Part shown: in pieces, positions 26,037-39,609 of the stretch
Layout of the letters: the number at the start of each line of letters is the position of its first letter
How positions within the stretch are numbered: the stretch's first letter is position 1
NCBI GenBank assembly: GCA_964016885.1
Contig: OZ024746.1
Location: forward strand, 77,934,001-77,998,000
DNA length: 64,000 nucleotides
Reading direction: 5' to 3'
Source: Eledone cirrhosa
Taxonomy: Eukaryota
Made by a program: the position numbers and the translations under genes
Notes under the pieces: generated by a model
The model's input: only the letters and a program-made list of their open reading frames with translations
What the model was told of the DNA's origin: nothing
Databases searched by the model: none

Positions 26037-27013
26037 AAGTCATAGTTATCCTATTTATATTATTTCTAATATCTCTTTCTGTGGTTGGCGTGATGGTAGC
26101 TTGTCTTGTCATGGTGGCATATCAACAGAGTATTAGTATATGGAGGTATATCAACAGAGTATTAGTATATGGTGGTATATCAACAGAGTATTAGTATATG
26201 GTGGTATATCAACAGAGTATTAGTATATGGTGGTATATCAACAGAGTATTAGTATATGGTGGTATATCAACAGAGTATTAGTATATGGTAGTATATCAAC
26301 AGAGTGTTAGTATATGGTGGTATATCAACAGAGTATTAGTATATGGTGGTATATCAACAGAGTATTAGTATATGGTGGTATATCAACAGAGTATTAGTAT
26401 ATGGTGGTATATCAACAGAGTGTTAGTATATGGTGGTATATCAACAGTGTTAGTATATGGTGGTATATCAACAGAGTGTTAGTATATGGTGGTATATCAA
26501 CAGAGTATTAGTATATGGTGGTATATCAACAGAGTATTAGTATATGGTGGTATATCAACAGAGTATTAGTATATGGTGGTATATCAACAGAGTGTTAGTA
26601 TATGGTGGTATATCAACAGAGTGTTAGTATATGGTGGTATATCAACAGAGTATTAGTATATGGTGGTATATCAACAGTGTTAGTATATGGTGGTATATCA
26701 ACAGAGTGTTAGTATATGGTGGTATATCAACAGAGTATAAGTATATGGTGGTATATCAACAGAGTGTTAGTATATGGTGGTATATCAACAGAGTATTAGT
26801 ATATGGTGGTATATCAACAGAGTATCAACATATGGTGGCATATCAACAGAGTATTAGTATATGGTGGTATATCAACAGAGTATTAGTATATGGTGGTATA
26901 TCAACAGAGTATCAACAGATGAAAGATGCCTTAGTATTATGTTCCAGGTCACCAGGCTCTGAGTTCAAATCCTGTAGAGGTCAGTTTTGCTTTTCATCCT
27001 TGCAAGGTCAATA
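25229..27013. repeat. 1.8-kb foldback: inverted SINE fragment plus 29-bp minisatellite arrays
   Basis: 25229-25330 is the reverse complement of about 26912-27013. Unit ctctgttgatataccaccatatactaaya runs ~20 copies on the left, and its complement ~28 copies on the right. Spacer is ~200 bp. Confidence 0.95.
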
Positions 27014-27376
27014 AATGTACAAGACCTGTTCAGAAAAAGGGGTTGATCTCTCTCTCCACCACTTTTCTCTTTCTCTATTCCAACCTGGATAGGCATGGGC
27101 TTCACATATATCAAGCCAGCACCCCCAAGGAATCATCAGGAGATATGGGATCTTTATCATTTTTTTTTTATCATCTCAATTCACAAACTATAACCTAGTT
27201 GTGTAATGTATGTGAAAATGAAAAAATAAACTTGCTCGTTAATTAGTCATTCATTGCCTGGTGCTATGAGAAATTTAATTGGATTGAATTAAATTAGATT
27301 AAATATACGTTAATAGTATGTAAATATATTTAAATTTAAGTATAAATGCTTACAAATAACAAATTTAATTTAATGG

Positions 27377-27425
<49 letters not shown>

Positions 27426-27954
27426 CTGTGTGTGTAATGATATGTTTTAGGATATTTTTCTGAAATATTTCTGGGAATGAGGTCTCCTTTTGTCAACTTT
27501 GCACTAGCCACTATCCACTTTAAACAGGATATTTACATATGTGGCTATTTACATGCCCATGCAAAGTTTGTAATTTGTTATAAACCCAAGCCAGATGTGA
27601 AATGTAGACACCCTCCCCTTCTCCACCCCTCCATTTCAAACAACTCATCGAGTATTTTAGTAATCAATGCTAAATACATTTATGTATAAGTTACAAGTAT
27701 ATACATGTATATGCAGTGTACATATTGTACTTAGAATGTAACAGAACTGCATTTTTTTTAATACAATAAGTAGAACTATAGATGAGTCGGCCCCTTCAGT
27801 TTCATAGAGGTATGCCAACTGGGGTCATGTTACCTCTCCCCACTTCATTGGACCTTCTTCTTCTTAACCTATGGGAGTCCATAACAATGTGTGTGCATGC
27901 ACGCGCACGCGTGTGTTATACTTATGTCTCTACGTATGTATGCGTTAGGCTTGC

Positions 27955-28001
<47 letters not shown>

Positions 28002-28020
28002 TGTATATATATGAATGTAC

Positions 28021-28200
28021 CACATGGTACCATGGGCCCAGCACTATGTGTCAATAATTGTCACAAGTGTAGTGTTTGTACCAGAGTTTTCAAGTCGCTG
28101 GCTGGACTAAAAAGTCACACTCGTTCAGCGCCTCAGTAAGGGTTCTGCTACATGGATATAAAGTAGTGGCCGTACTCGAAAACGAGTTGGCAGCCACCAT
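28021..28200 (+). mobile_element. Second copy of the RTE-type 3' fragment
   Basis: Near-identical reverse complement of 891-1070; reads CSVCTRVFKSLAGLKSH. Confidence 0.75.
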
Positions 28201-28742
28201 ATATGAATGTATGTATAGTATATTTGGCAATATACTGTATGCTTAATTAAAAACATTTTGAAGATCATTTGCTATGAGTTTTAAAGTAGTGACTATGTCA
28301 CTTACTTATTCTAGGCAAAAACAAAGGAGAGTGATCGACAGTCTGTTTCTCCCTTGTTAGCGTTTATCAAGACCACACACACCCTTGCTTCTGCCGAGAT
28401 TTATAGAAGCTGGATTCTTATATAATTCCAGTAATATTTAAAAGCTGATTAAACAGAGCGATTGCCGGTCCAGCAATAATTAGGTGTTAGTATTGGTGCT
28501 CTGAAATAGCAATGTATGCATGAATGTAATATGTCCGTCCTCATAATGGAGCTACCCAGTTCCACACTGTAAACATGGTCGGTGTTAGGAAGGGCATCCC
28601 GTTGTAAAATACCCAGCCAAATTTGCAGTCCTCGTTGGAGCATGGTACAACGTGGCCAACTCTGGCCAGCCTTGCCTCCCAACATGGACGACACGTCTAA
28701 CCCATGCAAGCATGGAAAAATGGACGCTAAACGGTGATGATG

Positions 28743-28785
<43 letters not shown>

Positions 28786-28958
28786 TTGTGTGCGAGTAAT
28801 GTGTGTATGTATATAGTTTCTTTTTTTCTTGTTAATTCTCTATGAATATTCATTGTGTAAATGTCTGTGTTTTACCTTGCTAAATAATTTAAAGAATTTT
28901 GGCAATGCATCTAATCTGTAGTGAAATATGTTTCTTCCTTATTTGCATCTTTAGTATA

Positions 28959-28989
<31 letters not shown>

Positions 28990-29433
28990 TTGTGTTTGTA
29001 TGCATGTGCGCTTGTGTGTCTGTGTGCATATTTTTTTAACTGGGTCAACTTTTGAATTATCCCCCATAGCTATATATATTTGATAAATATTTAAATTTCA
29101 TTATTGATTTATCATTCTTAGATAATAAAAAAATATTATTATTAATGTTGTTGTTGTTGTTGTTATCATCGTCATCATTATTTTACTTTATTATTTTTCT
29201 GGAAGCTTTGTGCTCTTTCTTCATTACATTCGCTCTCTCTCTCTCTCTCTCTTTATTTGTATTGGTTTCAGTTGAAACAAAGTATAAAGAACACATTATT
29301 ATTTCATTATCTGAGATCTTAAACTAGAACAAGTTTGTATATCACTTTTAATATTTCTCTGTGATGTCAGTGTTTTCGAAATGGAGGACACTTTTCCTTG
29401 TTATTTAATATCGTGATTAAAACTTAAAGGGCT

Positions 29434-29472
<39 letters not shown>

Positions 29473-31180
29473 GCGAGCGAGCGAGAGGAGGAGGAGAGAT
29501 TTTCAACTGGAATCATCTATTTCTTTCAACAACCTAACCCTAACCCACCCAACCTTTCCTTCTTTCCTCTTTCTCCATTTTTATTATGTTATGCATTTTG
29601 ATTCTTCTTTTCTGTGTGTGTTTATGTGTGTGTGTGTGTGTGTGTCTGTGTTTATGTGTGTTTGTGTGTCTGTGTGTGTCTTTATCAAATTATTGATCAA
29701 TCAGTTTGTTGCCTGATTACTTTAGAGAGAATTTGATTCTAGTATGTTCCAAAGTGTCAGCTTGATATCACTAGAAAATGGAGTTAATTTCATTAATATA
29801 GAAGTTCAGAAAACTTTTCTGTTGAATTTTTAATCTTGAATTATCTTAATTAAATTTCGCTTTTATTATTCAAAGGATTTAGCACATATTACGAAGAAAC
29901 GAGGTGGGGTGACAATACAGGTCAGAGTATTATTCCTCACCGTGTAAATGGAAGACTTATTTCATCCATGTTAAATGTATTGTTTTGATATTTTCTTTTT
30001 CTTTTTTCTTCTGCCATGAAACAAAACGTTCACATTCATGAGATGTTTATACATTTTTGTTGTGTGTTTTTTTTTTTGTGTGTGTATTTTCGTTTTGTTG
30101 TTTCAAGTATTTGTATTGTAGGAAGGCTTGTAGTTCGTTTCACTTCCTATTCACTGCTATATTTCCATTAATTTACTTATTAAATAGATTATTTCATATT
30201 CTAACTATTTTAAAATTAATTTTAAATTCCTGTCGCTAAATTAATCAAGAAGTTGAATTATTCCAATATTTACTTTCGTTTTGTTTTGTTTTTTTTTCTT
30301 GTTTTTTTCTTCTACTTTTTGTGTGTTTTTTAATGAAGCAAATTCATTTAATATCTTTCATTCTTGCTAGAATGATAACATGGCGACACCTATTACTTAA
30401 ACATTATCCACTGATGTCTGTAATTTTGAAACAAGTCCAATATGTCTTTTGGGAATATAACTACAATTGTTTACAAGTCTGAATCTTTAAGCTCTTTTTC
30501 TGGGTTTTTTTTCAACTATCTCATTAGGAAACGTTGTTATTGTATTTGTCCGTTTGCTTACTTTCATGTTTGTTTGTTTGCTGTCTTTTAAAACGAAACC
30601 AAACCAGAATCCTTTTATGAAAGATTTCATAATAACTACAATTGTCTCTCATATTGCTCTCAGTAGTTTTCTGTTGTTTCAACTGCACTAATAGTGTAGG
30701 TGTAAATTAATCCTGGTTCCTTTCTTTCCATTGGTATTTCCCAGTAGACTGTCACATATTTGGGCGTTGATTTTTTCATAATGGCGGCAAATTGGTAGTG
30801 TCATTAGAATAGCTCAGTATTTTGTTTCAGCTTTCTGTTCTCTATGTTCAAATCCTGCCAATGTGAACTTTGCCTTTCACCCATTTCGGAGGGAGAGGGG
30901 GGGGGGGGTCAATAAACACAGGATCAGTCCAGAGATGGTGGATTGGTGAAATTGTTAGCAGTTTCTCTTTTGGATATATATGTTCTGAGTTCAAATGTCA
31001 CCTCCTTTCACCAAAAAAGTGGTGACACTTCTACCAGAAGTTGTAACCGTCAGATAATATCAGCAAGGGAAACTCTGGTTCCTAGGTCTGATCTGACAAT
31101 TGGCTTTTTTTTTAATTTCATATAAAAATTATTATTTAATGGTATATATATTTTTAATCTTTAGTCTGGAAAGAGAATGT

Positions 31181-31748
31181 TTAACCCTTTAGTATTTGCA
31201 TGGAGGCACATGGCTTAGTGGTTAGAGCATTGGCCTTGCAATCGAAAGGTTGTGAGTTCAATTCTCAGACCGGGTGATGTGTTGTTTCCTTGAGCAAGAC
31301 ACTTTATTTCACATTGCTCCAGTTTACTCAGCTGTAGAAATGAGATGATAGGGACTGGGGTCCCTATCATTCCACTGCAAGGTGGTCGTGTAGGTGCCAC
31401 GGCAAAAAAGCACCCAGCACTCACTGTAAATGAGGTTGGTGTTAGGAAGGGCATCCAGCTGTAGAAATCAAGCCAGAATCAGTTCCCGTCCCACCCTTGC
31501 AAGCAGGGAAAAAAGCGGATGTAAAATGAAATGATGATGATTACTCTATATATACCATTGCATTTTCGCGGTAAAGGCTTTATCTTACATAATTATCTCA
31601 CATAATATCAAATTTATGAGACTTTGATATTATTTATTTTGAGAACAATACTTCAACATTGGTATGACTGGCCAGTTATGGCTAGTTTGAACAGAAGAGG
31701 TGAAAAAATTCAGGCCGGATACAGCCGGTTTAAATGCTAAAGCGTTAA
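31181..31748. mobile_element. piggyBac-like MITE interrupted by a full SINE
   Basis: The left TIR at 31181 resumes at 31541 (ttactctatata) and ends aaatgctaaagcgttaa. Confidence 0.75.
31201..31541 (+). mobile_element. Full-length CORE-like SINE (inside MITE)
   Basis: Near-identical reverse complement of 13838-14184. Confidence 0.85.
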
Positions 31749-32619
31749 AGTTAATGTTGCTCATGTGATCTGAATACTTCCAGGTTGTCTTCTTTTTATT
31801 ATAGTATCTATGTCATATTTATCAATGCCAGTACCGGTTGTATCTCAGCGCACTCAATGGGCAATGTAAGATACATTACCAGAGTATACACATAGTTATT
31901 TGCCTCAACACAACATACGTAAAACGGGTGCCTATAAGGTTCCCGGACTAGAGTTTCTGCTGCACTAATGTAGCAGTAAGGTGCACTGCACCATCTTTCT
32001 GCATATATTATGCGACAATGCACAATCGGCTTATGCGGTTCATCAGCGGGTATCGCCTAATCAATAACCAATCGATCGACAGAATGTAAACACCGGCCCG
32101 TGCCGGTCATGACTGTTTGTGACACGGTAAAGCGATTAGCAACTGGCAACCGATAGGACTCTATCTCTCAACTAGCCACTGATTTACAAATTTTACATGG
32201 GGACGGGAAGCTAAAAAGAATCAATCTTTTAGTTCCTGTCAGAAGCTCTCAGCCAACGTATCTCACACACAATTATCAAGGGGTGAAAAGATGGCTATTA
32301 GAAATAGCAGTTCACAGTGATATAAAATAGAATGGTAGCATTCGGTTCATGTCTCCAAGCCCCATGGCTCGAGGAAAGCGATGGTAACAATGGTAGTGCC
32401 AAGAACCTTTAATGGACTTTAAATGCGATCATCCATTATATAACAATATGGTAGCGAGCTGAAATGTGTCAGCCACGTGCGTAGATAACCAGTCTAATTC
32501 ACGACTTAAAAGAGTGAGAGACAAAATTAGTAGCAGGAAAAAGAGTGCATATCAAAACAAAAATACAATAAAAAGTGAAAAATTGTTTAACTTACTCTCA
32601 ATATTCCGCTCGTTGGGAG

Positions 32620-32696
<77 letters not shown>

Positions 32697-32979
32697 CTCT
32701 TAACATTCTACACCTTGTGAAACCACATTAGAAAGTTGTTCTTGAAAAGTACAGAAAAGCACTATTACTGCATCACATTACAAATTGAAGCCCTGTTCAC
32801 AAGGATGTGTCCCCTCGTACAGACACTAACAGGCCCTTATTTAGACATGTTTTCCTAAATTATTGCAAGAGTTTATTGGAATCTTCTGATCATCACAATT
32901 TCCAATTTGATTTTTCTTTTCATAAAAAGATCTGTTTTCAGAAGTTATTACTGAGATGGTGGCAGTAGCAGTGACACAC

Positions 32980-33018
<39 letters not shown>

Positions 33019-33084
33019 GGGTTCAAGCAGTGGTAACCACAGTAAGTAAGGTACACAATACATAGTAGAGTATATACAATTTTA

Positions 33085-33191
33085 ATATAGAAATGGCTTC
33101 TACAGGGCTAGAACTGTTTCATTCAAAGGAAATCATCAAGAAAGCCTTGATAATTTCCTTCGAATGAAACAGTTCTAGTCCAGTAGAAGCC

Positions 33192-33201
<10 letters not shown>
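33085..33201. repeat. Hairpin, 56-bp arms, 5-nt loop
   Basis: atatagaaatggcttctac...aatcatcaag aaagc cttgataatt...gtagaagccatttctatat. Related sequence at 3360-3475. Confidence 0.9.
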
Positions 33202-33222
<21 letters not shown>

Positions 33223-33334
33223 CATGCATACACATACACCATCATCATCATCATTTTACGTCCGCTTTTCCCTGCTTGCAAGGGTTGGATGGGTCCTATT
33301 CAGCAACAGCATCTCTCCACTTGTCACAGTCCTT

Positions 33335-33397
<63 letters not shown>

Positions 33398-33613
33398 CAT
33401 ACATACATACACACACACATATATATATATATATATAAAACAAAAATGAAAGCTAGTAGGCTGGGTGAACAGTTTAGTGTCCGTCCATAAGGAGGGAAAA
33501 CATGTTAGAAAAATATCTTGATAATGCAATGAGTCAACCTTTGGGTCTGGCAAGAATGTTTTTCTGTAGCTTTTTGAATTTTTGTATAATTATTGTTATT
33601 AGCAATGCTACTA

Positions 33614-33648
<35 letters not shown>

Positions 33649-33865
33649 ACCTTTTGACATTATCCAGCTCTTATGTTGTCACTTGTTGATGTACAGTTCA
33701 AGGAGAACGCTTCAAATTCCTTTACTATAATTTCTTGACCTTTTTTTTTCCCTTTCTATGTGTGTTTTTTTTTTTCAGGTTATTTCACCCCACCCTCCTC
33801 TCAACCCACCTAACCCCCCTCTTCTTGGTTCTCTTCAATTTCTGATTTATTTTATTATTCTTTGT

Positions 33866-33896
<31 letters not shown>

Positions 33897-33919
33897 TCAT
33901 TTTTTTTTTTTGCTTTTTT

Positions 33920-33953
<34 letters not shown>

Positions 33954-34442
33954 CTTTTTGAGTTTTTCTGTTCAGTCTGTTGTTGCTGTTGATAGTGATG
34001 CTGCTGCTGCAACATTTTCTCCTCTTCACCTCAACAACTTGACCAATCATATTATCCATTTTTATGGACTTGTTCACCAGTAGCTGATATTTATAAGGAA
34101 AGATGTCAACAGGAAAATGGTGTCAACTTGTGACTACTCTACCTCCATACAGCTTGCCCTGCTTGTTGACTTTTCTTTCATCTTTCCTGCTTTTTCATTT
34201 TTGTCTTATCTATCTGGTTTGTTCTTTGTGCATTTGTGTTTTTGATCAGAGGAAGCAATAGATTGATTAATAGACAGATAGACAGACAGACAGACAGACA
34301 GACAGGCAGGTATTTAGTTAGTCAGGTAGGTAGGTAGGTAGGTAGGTAGGTAGGTAGGTAGGTAGATAGGTAGGTAGAGTGGTAGAGACTTTCTCCTTCC
34401 CACCTGAACATAATTATATTTGTGTTTGGAATATATATATAT

Positions 34443-34621
34443 ATCATTCCACTGCAAAGTGGTCGTGGAGGTGCCACGGCAAAAAAGCACCCAGCACTCA
34501 CTGTAAATGTGGTTGGTGTTAGGAAGGGCATCCAGCTGTAGAAATCAAGCCAGCATCAGTTCCCGTCCCACCCTTGCAAGCAGGGAAAAAGCGGACGTAA
34601 AATGAAATGAATGAAAATGAT
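34443..34621 (+). mobile_element. 5'-truncated CORE-like SINE
   Basis: Matches the 3' half of 31201-31541. Confidence 0.75.
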
Positions 34622-34662
34622 ATAGAATACTGTTAGCTTCTCGCTAAAACAATTTCTATACC

Positions 34663-34733
<71 letters not shown>

Positions 34734-36319
34734 TACCAAAATTCAACAGATTGTTTCCCTGATAAACTGTGTAAATAGTATATAAACTGTTAGAATACTA
34801 GTTGTACTAACTAATGTACTAACTTAACTGTCCACTGGTTTGATTTGGTTTGGTCTGTTTACTCTCTCTCTCATTGCAAGACTATTTATTACATTTGTTC
34901 TTGTTTAATTGCTGTTTAGGTTATTTGACTTGATTTCAGTTCCAGTTTACCAATAAATCCGAGAGACAGGGAGGTGGGGAGTGGATTGGGAGATTTCACA
35001 AATTGTACCGGACTAAACTGTGCCCCCCCCCCCCCAATTTATAGTCAGTGATGAAACTATTCAGTTTTCAATAAATAAATATTTAAATTCAAAGCTTAAA
35101 ATGTTTGTATTTATCTAAAATCTTTCCATCATAATGTTATCTAAGAACTTTTAAGTTAGGCTCCAAATACTAGCTTGATAACGAGAAAGTTAGTTATATA
35201 CATTCCTCAAAATGACTTAAAAATCATAGAGGCAGTGTCTTTCATTAGAAATATGGTAACAAGAAGGTTAATTCTACTCTGCCATATTTTGCATAGCTGT
35301 GGAGGTGGTGGTGGGGAAACCATGTCTTTTGGGAGTGCTGCCAGAGGTAGATCTTAGTGCTTGCAGCAGGAAGTTCGGTTTTAGTTTCTCAAAACTTCCA
35401 TGAAACCATAGCTAAAGCCCATCTCTCACGCTGGGTTGGGGCGGGGGAGACCCTTGAGACCTAAGAAGTATTAACATTTTATACACCATATGAGTCAGTA
35501 ATTTTTATTTTTCTTCATAAAAAATTTTTTTTTTTAACAAAATTTATTTGTAAAAGCTAATGAGAGCCAATTTGATCAATGTTGATCAAGTAGATAGACC
35601 ACACATATTAGCACTTAACATCCTGTAATGATTCAAGTAGAAATTATCTTAAAATAGCAGATTTGTTAATTCAAATGTTTATAGTGTCTTTATGAGTGAA
35701 CAGATTGTTGTGAAAATTTGTAGTATTTGAGAGTAAAAACTTTGATTTTTAATGTGATGCAGTCATAGTGCTGCTTTGTACTTTTCAAGAATGTCTTGCT
35801 AATGGGGTACAAGACACCAAGAGTTAAGTGCAGCATCAAGTTATGTTTATGTGTATATTCTTCGATAAGCGATGCTGCTGTATTGATGTGCTATCAAGTG
35901 AGGTGTTGGTTTTTCGGTATTTGTTCCAGAACCTTTATGTTTTGAGTTTGAATCCTACGAAGGTCAATCCTACTAAAGGGTTGATAAAATAAAGTACCAC
36001 TTAGATACTAGGGTTGATATAATCATCATTCCCTTCACCTAAATTGCTGGTCTTGTGTTTAAATTAGAAACAATTATTATTGTATTATTTCTGTTACAAA
36101 GGTTGGCAGTATTGGTAGAGTGTCGGACAAAATGATTTGCAGCATAGAGTTATAACTTTCTACTTTCTGAGTTCAGATCCCGCCAAGGTCAACTTTACTT
36201 TTGATCTTTCTGGTGTCGATAAAATGATAATACCAGTCAAGTACTTCAATCGATATAAACAACTTTACCATTCTCCCAAATTGCTGATCTTGTTCTTCTT
36301 CTTTGCCCTCTTAATCTAG

Positions 36320-36665
36320 GCATGGTCATGGGGTCAGAGTCCTCAAACATTCCTTCCGGCACGTCCTCTTAGAAGCAACCGTCTCCAACTGACCCGACTG
36401 GATTCCCAAGTGAGATGAGCCAAGCTCATGAATGTTATCCAAAAATCTTGCGTGGCATCTACCCTGGGGTCTCCTGCTGGTGGGTTTTGCCTGTAAAATC
36501 TGTCCAGCAATTTTTTCCTCAGACATTCTAACCACATGCCCATAGTATCAGAGCTGTGATCCCCCAATTCAAAGAAGTATCGACTCTACCTGGAGTGACT
36601 CTCTGATCTCCAAGCTACTTTGTCGAGTAATGTTACTCCAAAGACCCTTCAGAGGAATCCCATTT
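36320..36665 (-). mobile_element. Decayed RTE-clade LINE ORF 3' end
   Basis: Translation YYGHVVRMSEEKIAGQILQAKPTSRRPQGR matches the GHVxRM...GxRxxGRP signature of RTE C-termini. Confidence 0.75.
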
Positions 36666-36949
36666 CGGCCACTTGTATTTGCGATCGTATTCAGGACTGT
36701 AGGTAAGGGTTGGCATGAAAACCAAAATGAAGATAGCGAGTTTGGCTTTTATGCCTACCTCCCTCCTTCTGTCTACTGAATGCTGAAGCTGGCCTTGTGC
36801 CTAAATTAGAAATTATTGTTATCATTCTAATCCATGCTAGCATGGAAAACAGACATTAAACGATTGGAGGTTTGACAGAATTGTTAGACTCTCCTCTTCC
36901 CTGAAATTGCTGGATTTGATCTTAAATTAGAAACCATTAATATTATTAT

Positions 36950-37145
36950 TAGTGGCGGATTGGCAGTATCGGTGGAGGGTCGGGTGCCATGCTTTGTAGC
37001 ATAGAGTTACGGCCCTTTACAGGATGAGTTCAAATCTCGCTAAGGTTAACTTTGCCTTTCATCTTTACGGGGTCAATAAAATAAAGTACCAGTAATGCAC
37101 TGGGATAATTTCTGGCCTTGTGGCAACAAGTAGAAACAATTATTA
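36950..37145 (+). mobile_element. Meta-like SINE, full length
   Basis: ggcggattggcagtatcgg...gagttcaaatc...gcctttcatctttacggggtcaataaaataaagtaccag. Confidence 0.8.
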
Positions 37146-37606
37146 TTAGCGGCTAATAGATGGTAATAGCGTTGAACATATTAAATGTTTGGTGTGCAGG
37201 ATTGCTGTGTCATATAAGCCAGGGTTTCTGGATATATGAACAATCATACAAACTGGGTAATTTTCATAATTTAACGTAATGGCTTGCTTTGGAGAAACTG
37301 TATAGTTTATATATAGTTTATGTTGATTACTGACACGTGGAAGTGATTAAAGATAAAAATGATATTTAAAGAATTTATTACTAAGCTATAATTGCATAAA
37401 TGTTCAGCGTACATGTACAAATGACATATACAGGATTAAATATATGAGAGTATATGTATGGCAAACGCAGGGTTAGAACCCACGGCCCTTGTGATTGGAA
37501 AGCAAATATTATATTGTAGCAACATGACTAAGATTGGAAATGGATTGAGTATGTGTATATGTTTGTGTACATTTTAAAGAGTTACACACGCACGCACGCA
37601 CACATA

Positions 37607-37661
<55 letters not shown>

Positions 37662-38764
37662 TTACAAACACACACACACATATTTACAAACACACATGGC
37701 ATATTATTATGGTTGATTATATCATTATCATCACCCCCTCCCCCCCTCATTCCCCCATCACAATCCCACCACCATCATCATCATCATCATAACAATCACT
37801 ACCACTAGCATCACCATCAGCACACAATGAACACCACAGCCATCATCATGGTGATTATTTGATTTGTCTTTTGTTTTTTTTTGTGTTTGCTTGATTCTTT
37901 TCCCCCCTTTAATCCTCTGTAAATATCACAAGACAAACACAAAACAACTCTTCAGTTTCTTTTTTTCCTTCTCTCTTGTTTATGAAGTAATTCTGAATTG
38001 TTGACAGATTGAAGTTGTATTCAGCAGAAAAACTGCAAGATTTATTTATTTATGCATTCTTTCATACAGTCTTTTATTCTTTTACTGCTTTCAGTCATTA
38101 GACTGTGGTCATGCTGGAGCACAGCCTTGATTTACTCCTTCATATCAACCTCTCTAATACTCTTTGTTTTTCAAGTCTGCTGCTTATTTATCTATTTAAT
38201 TTTTTTTTTTCATGTGCCCTAGTAAGTAAGATGTTGAACTCCTGGTCAGAAGGTTAAGGGTTCAAATGCTGGACCAGGCAGCATGTTGTCTTCATAAACA
38301 GAATGCTTTATTTTACTTTGCCCTTTCTGCCTGCTGTTGCGACTGGGTAGATGCTATTAACAATGGAAACATTATTTTCCTGGTTTGATTTGCTGTTTTG
38401 CTATGTCACATAGCATAAATAAATACAAACACAAATATAAATATAGACATATACATTCACATATACTGGTGACATGAGAAACCATCGTAAGGCAGTCGTG
38501 TTAGTGACACAAGAAAAAAAAAGCACTCAGTCCATCCTGTTAGGAGGTCGCGTTGTTGACATGACAAAAGCACCCAGTCCATACTGGAATGTGGTAGTAC
38601 TGGTGACACAACAAATAGCACCCAATGGTCAGTGTTAGGAAGGGCATCCAGCCATAGAAACCAAGCCAAAATACATATCCATATGAGCAAGACATGGTCA
38701 CCTGACCTGAATTGTCTCATAATATGACAAACCATCTAACACATGCAAACATAGAAATTAGACA

Positions 38765-38787
38765 TTAACCCTTTAGCATTTACATTA

Positions 38788-38843
<56 letters not shown>

Positions 38844-39271
38844 TATTGAATTTTCATGGTAAAAACTTTATTTCCCATAATTATCTCACATGATGTTGAG
38901 TCTGTGAGATTTTGATATCATTTATTTTGAGGACACTACCTTAACATCAGTATAATAATAATAATGAAATTGTGTACAGTGCTCAGGTGCACTACAGCTC
39001 ATCAAAGGTGCATGTATAGTACATAGAATAGTGAACAGTGTATGTGTCATGATATACAGGCAGGTGTGTGTGTATTATGGAGGGGGAATATCAGGTGTAG
39101 TGTTGGTGAATTTCGGGAAGCATGGAGGTTTTGAAGGATGCAATGTCCCAACAGCTAACAACCGATGCAGGTAGTTTGTTCCGTTACTGGCTATGCAGCC
39201 GGTTTCAACAGAAAGAGATGAGATGAGAGAATTCTGGCTGGATATGGCCGGTTTAAATGCTAAAGGGTTAA
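38765..39271. mobile_element. piggyBac-like MITE interrupted by a CR1-like fragment
   Basis: ttaaccctttagcattta...taaatgctaaagggttaa, perfect TIRs. Confidence 0.8.
38953..39185 (-). mobile_element. CR1-like LINE 3' end nested in a MITE
   Basis: Minus strand reads NKLPASVVSCWDIASFKTS...*, then a UTR and (ATT)n tail. The UTR also occurs at 5340-5460. Confidence 0.65.
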
Positions 39272-39572
39272 ACAACAACAACGATGATGATGATAATGAC
39301 ACAACAGGCTTCTGCAGTTTCCTTCTAGCAAAGGACATGGTCAATCCAAAGCTATAGTAGAAAATATTTGGCCCAGGTACCATTGCAAGCAGAGCTGAAT
39401 CCAAAATATTGTGATTGTAAAACTAGCTCCTTAACCACATAGCCATGCCTATGTATTAAATGTTTCTGAATTGTTGACAGGTTGAAGTTGAATTTCATCA
39501 GAAAACTGCAAGATTTATTTATTTATGTACTGTCTGATACATGTTTTGGTTTTTTTTCTTCTGTTTCTTTTC

Positions 39573-39609
<37 letters not shown>

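Noticed and set aside
25331-26917. CRISPR-like regular 29-bp repeats
   Set aside because: The units are contiguous with no unique spacers, there are no cas genes, and the context is eukaryotic.
31205-31275. tRNA genes at SINE heads
   Set aside because: A and B boxes are present, but each runs into a SINE body and I cannot fold a full cloverleaf with an acceptor stem.
31920-31950. Possible mariner-like terminal repeat (aaggttcccggactag)
   Set aside because: No partner inverted repeat or transposase remnant found by eye.
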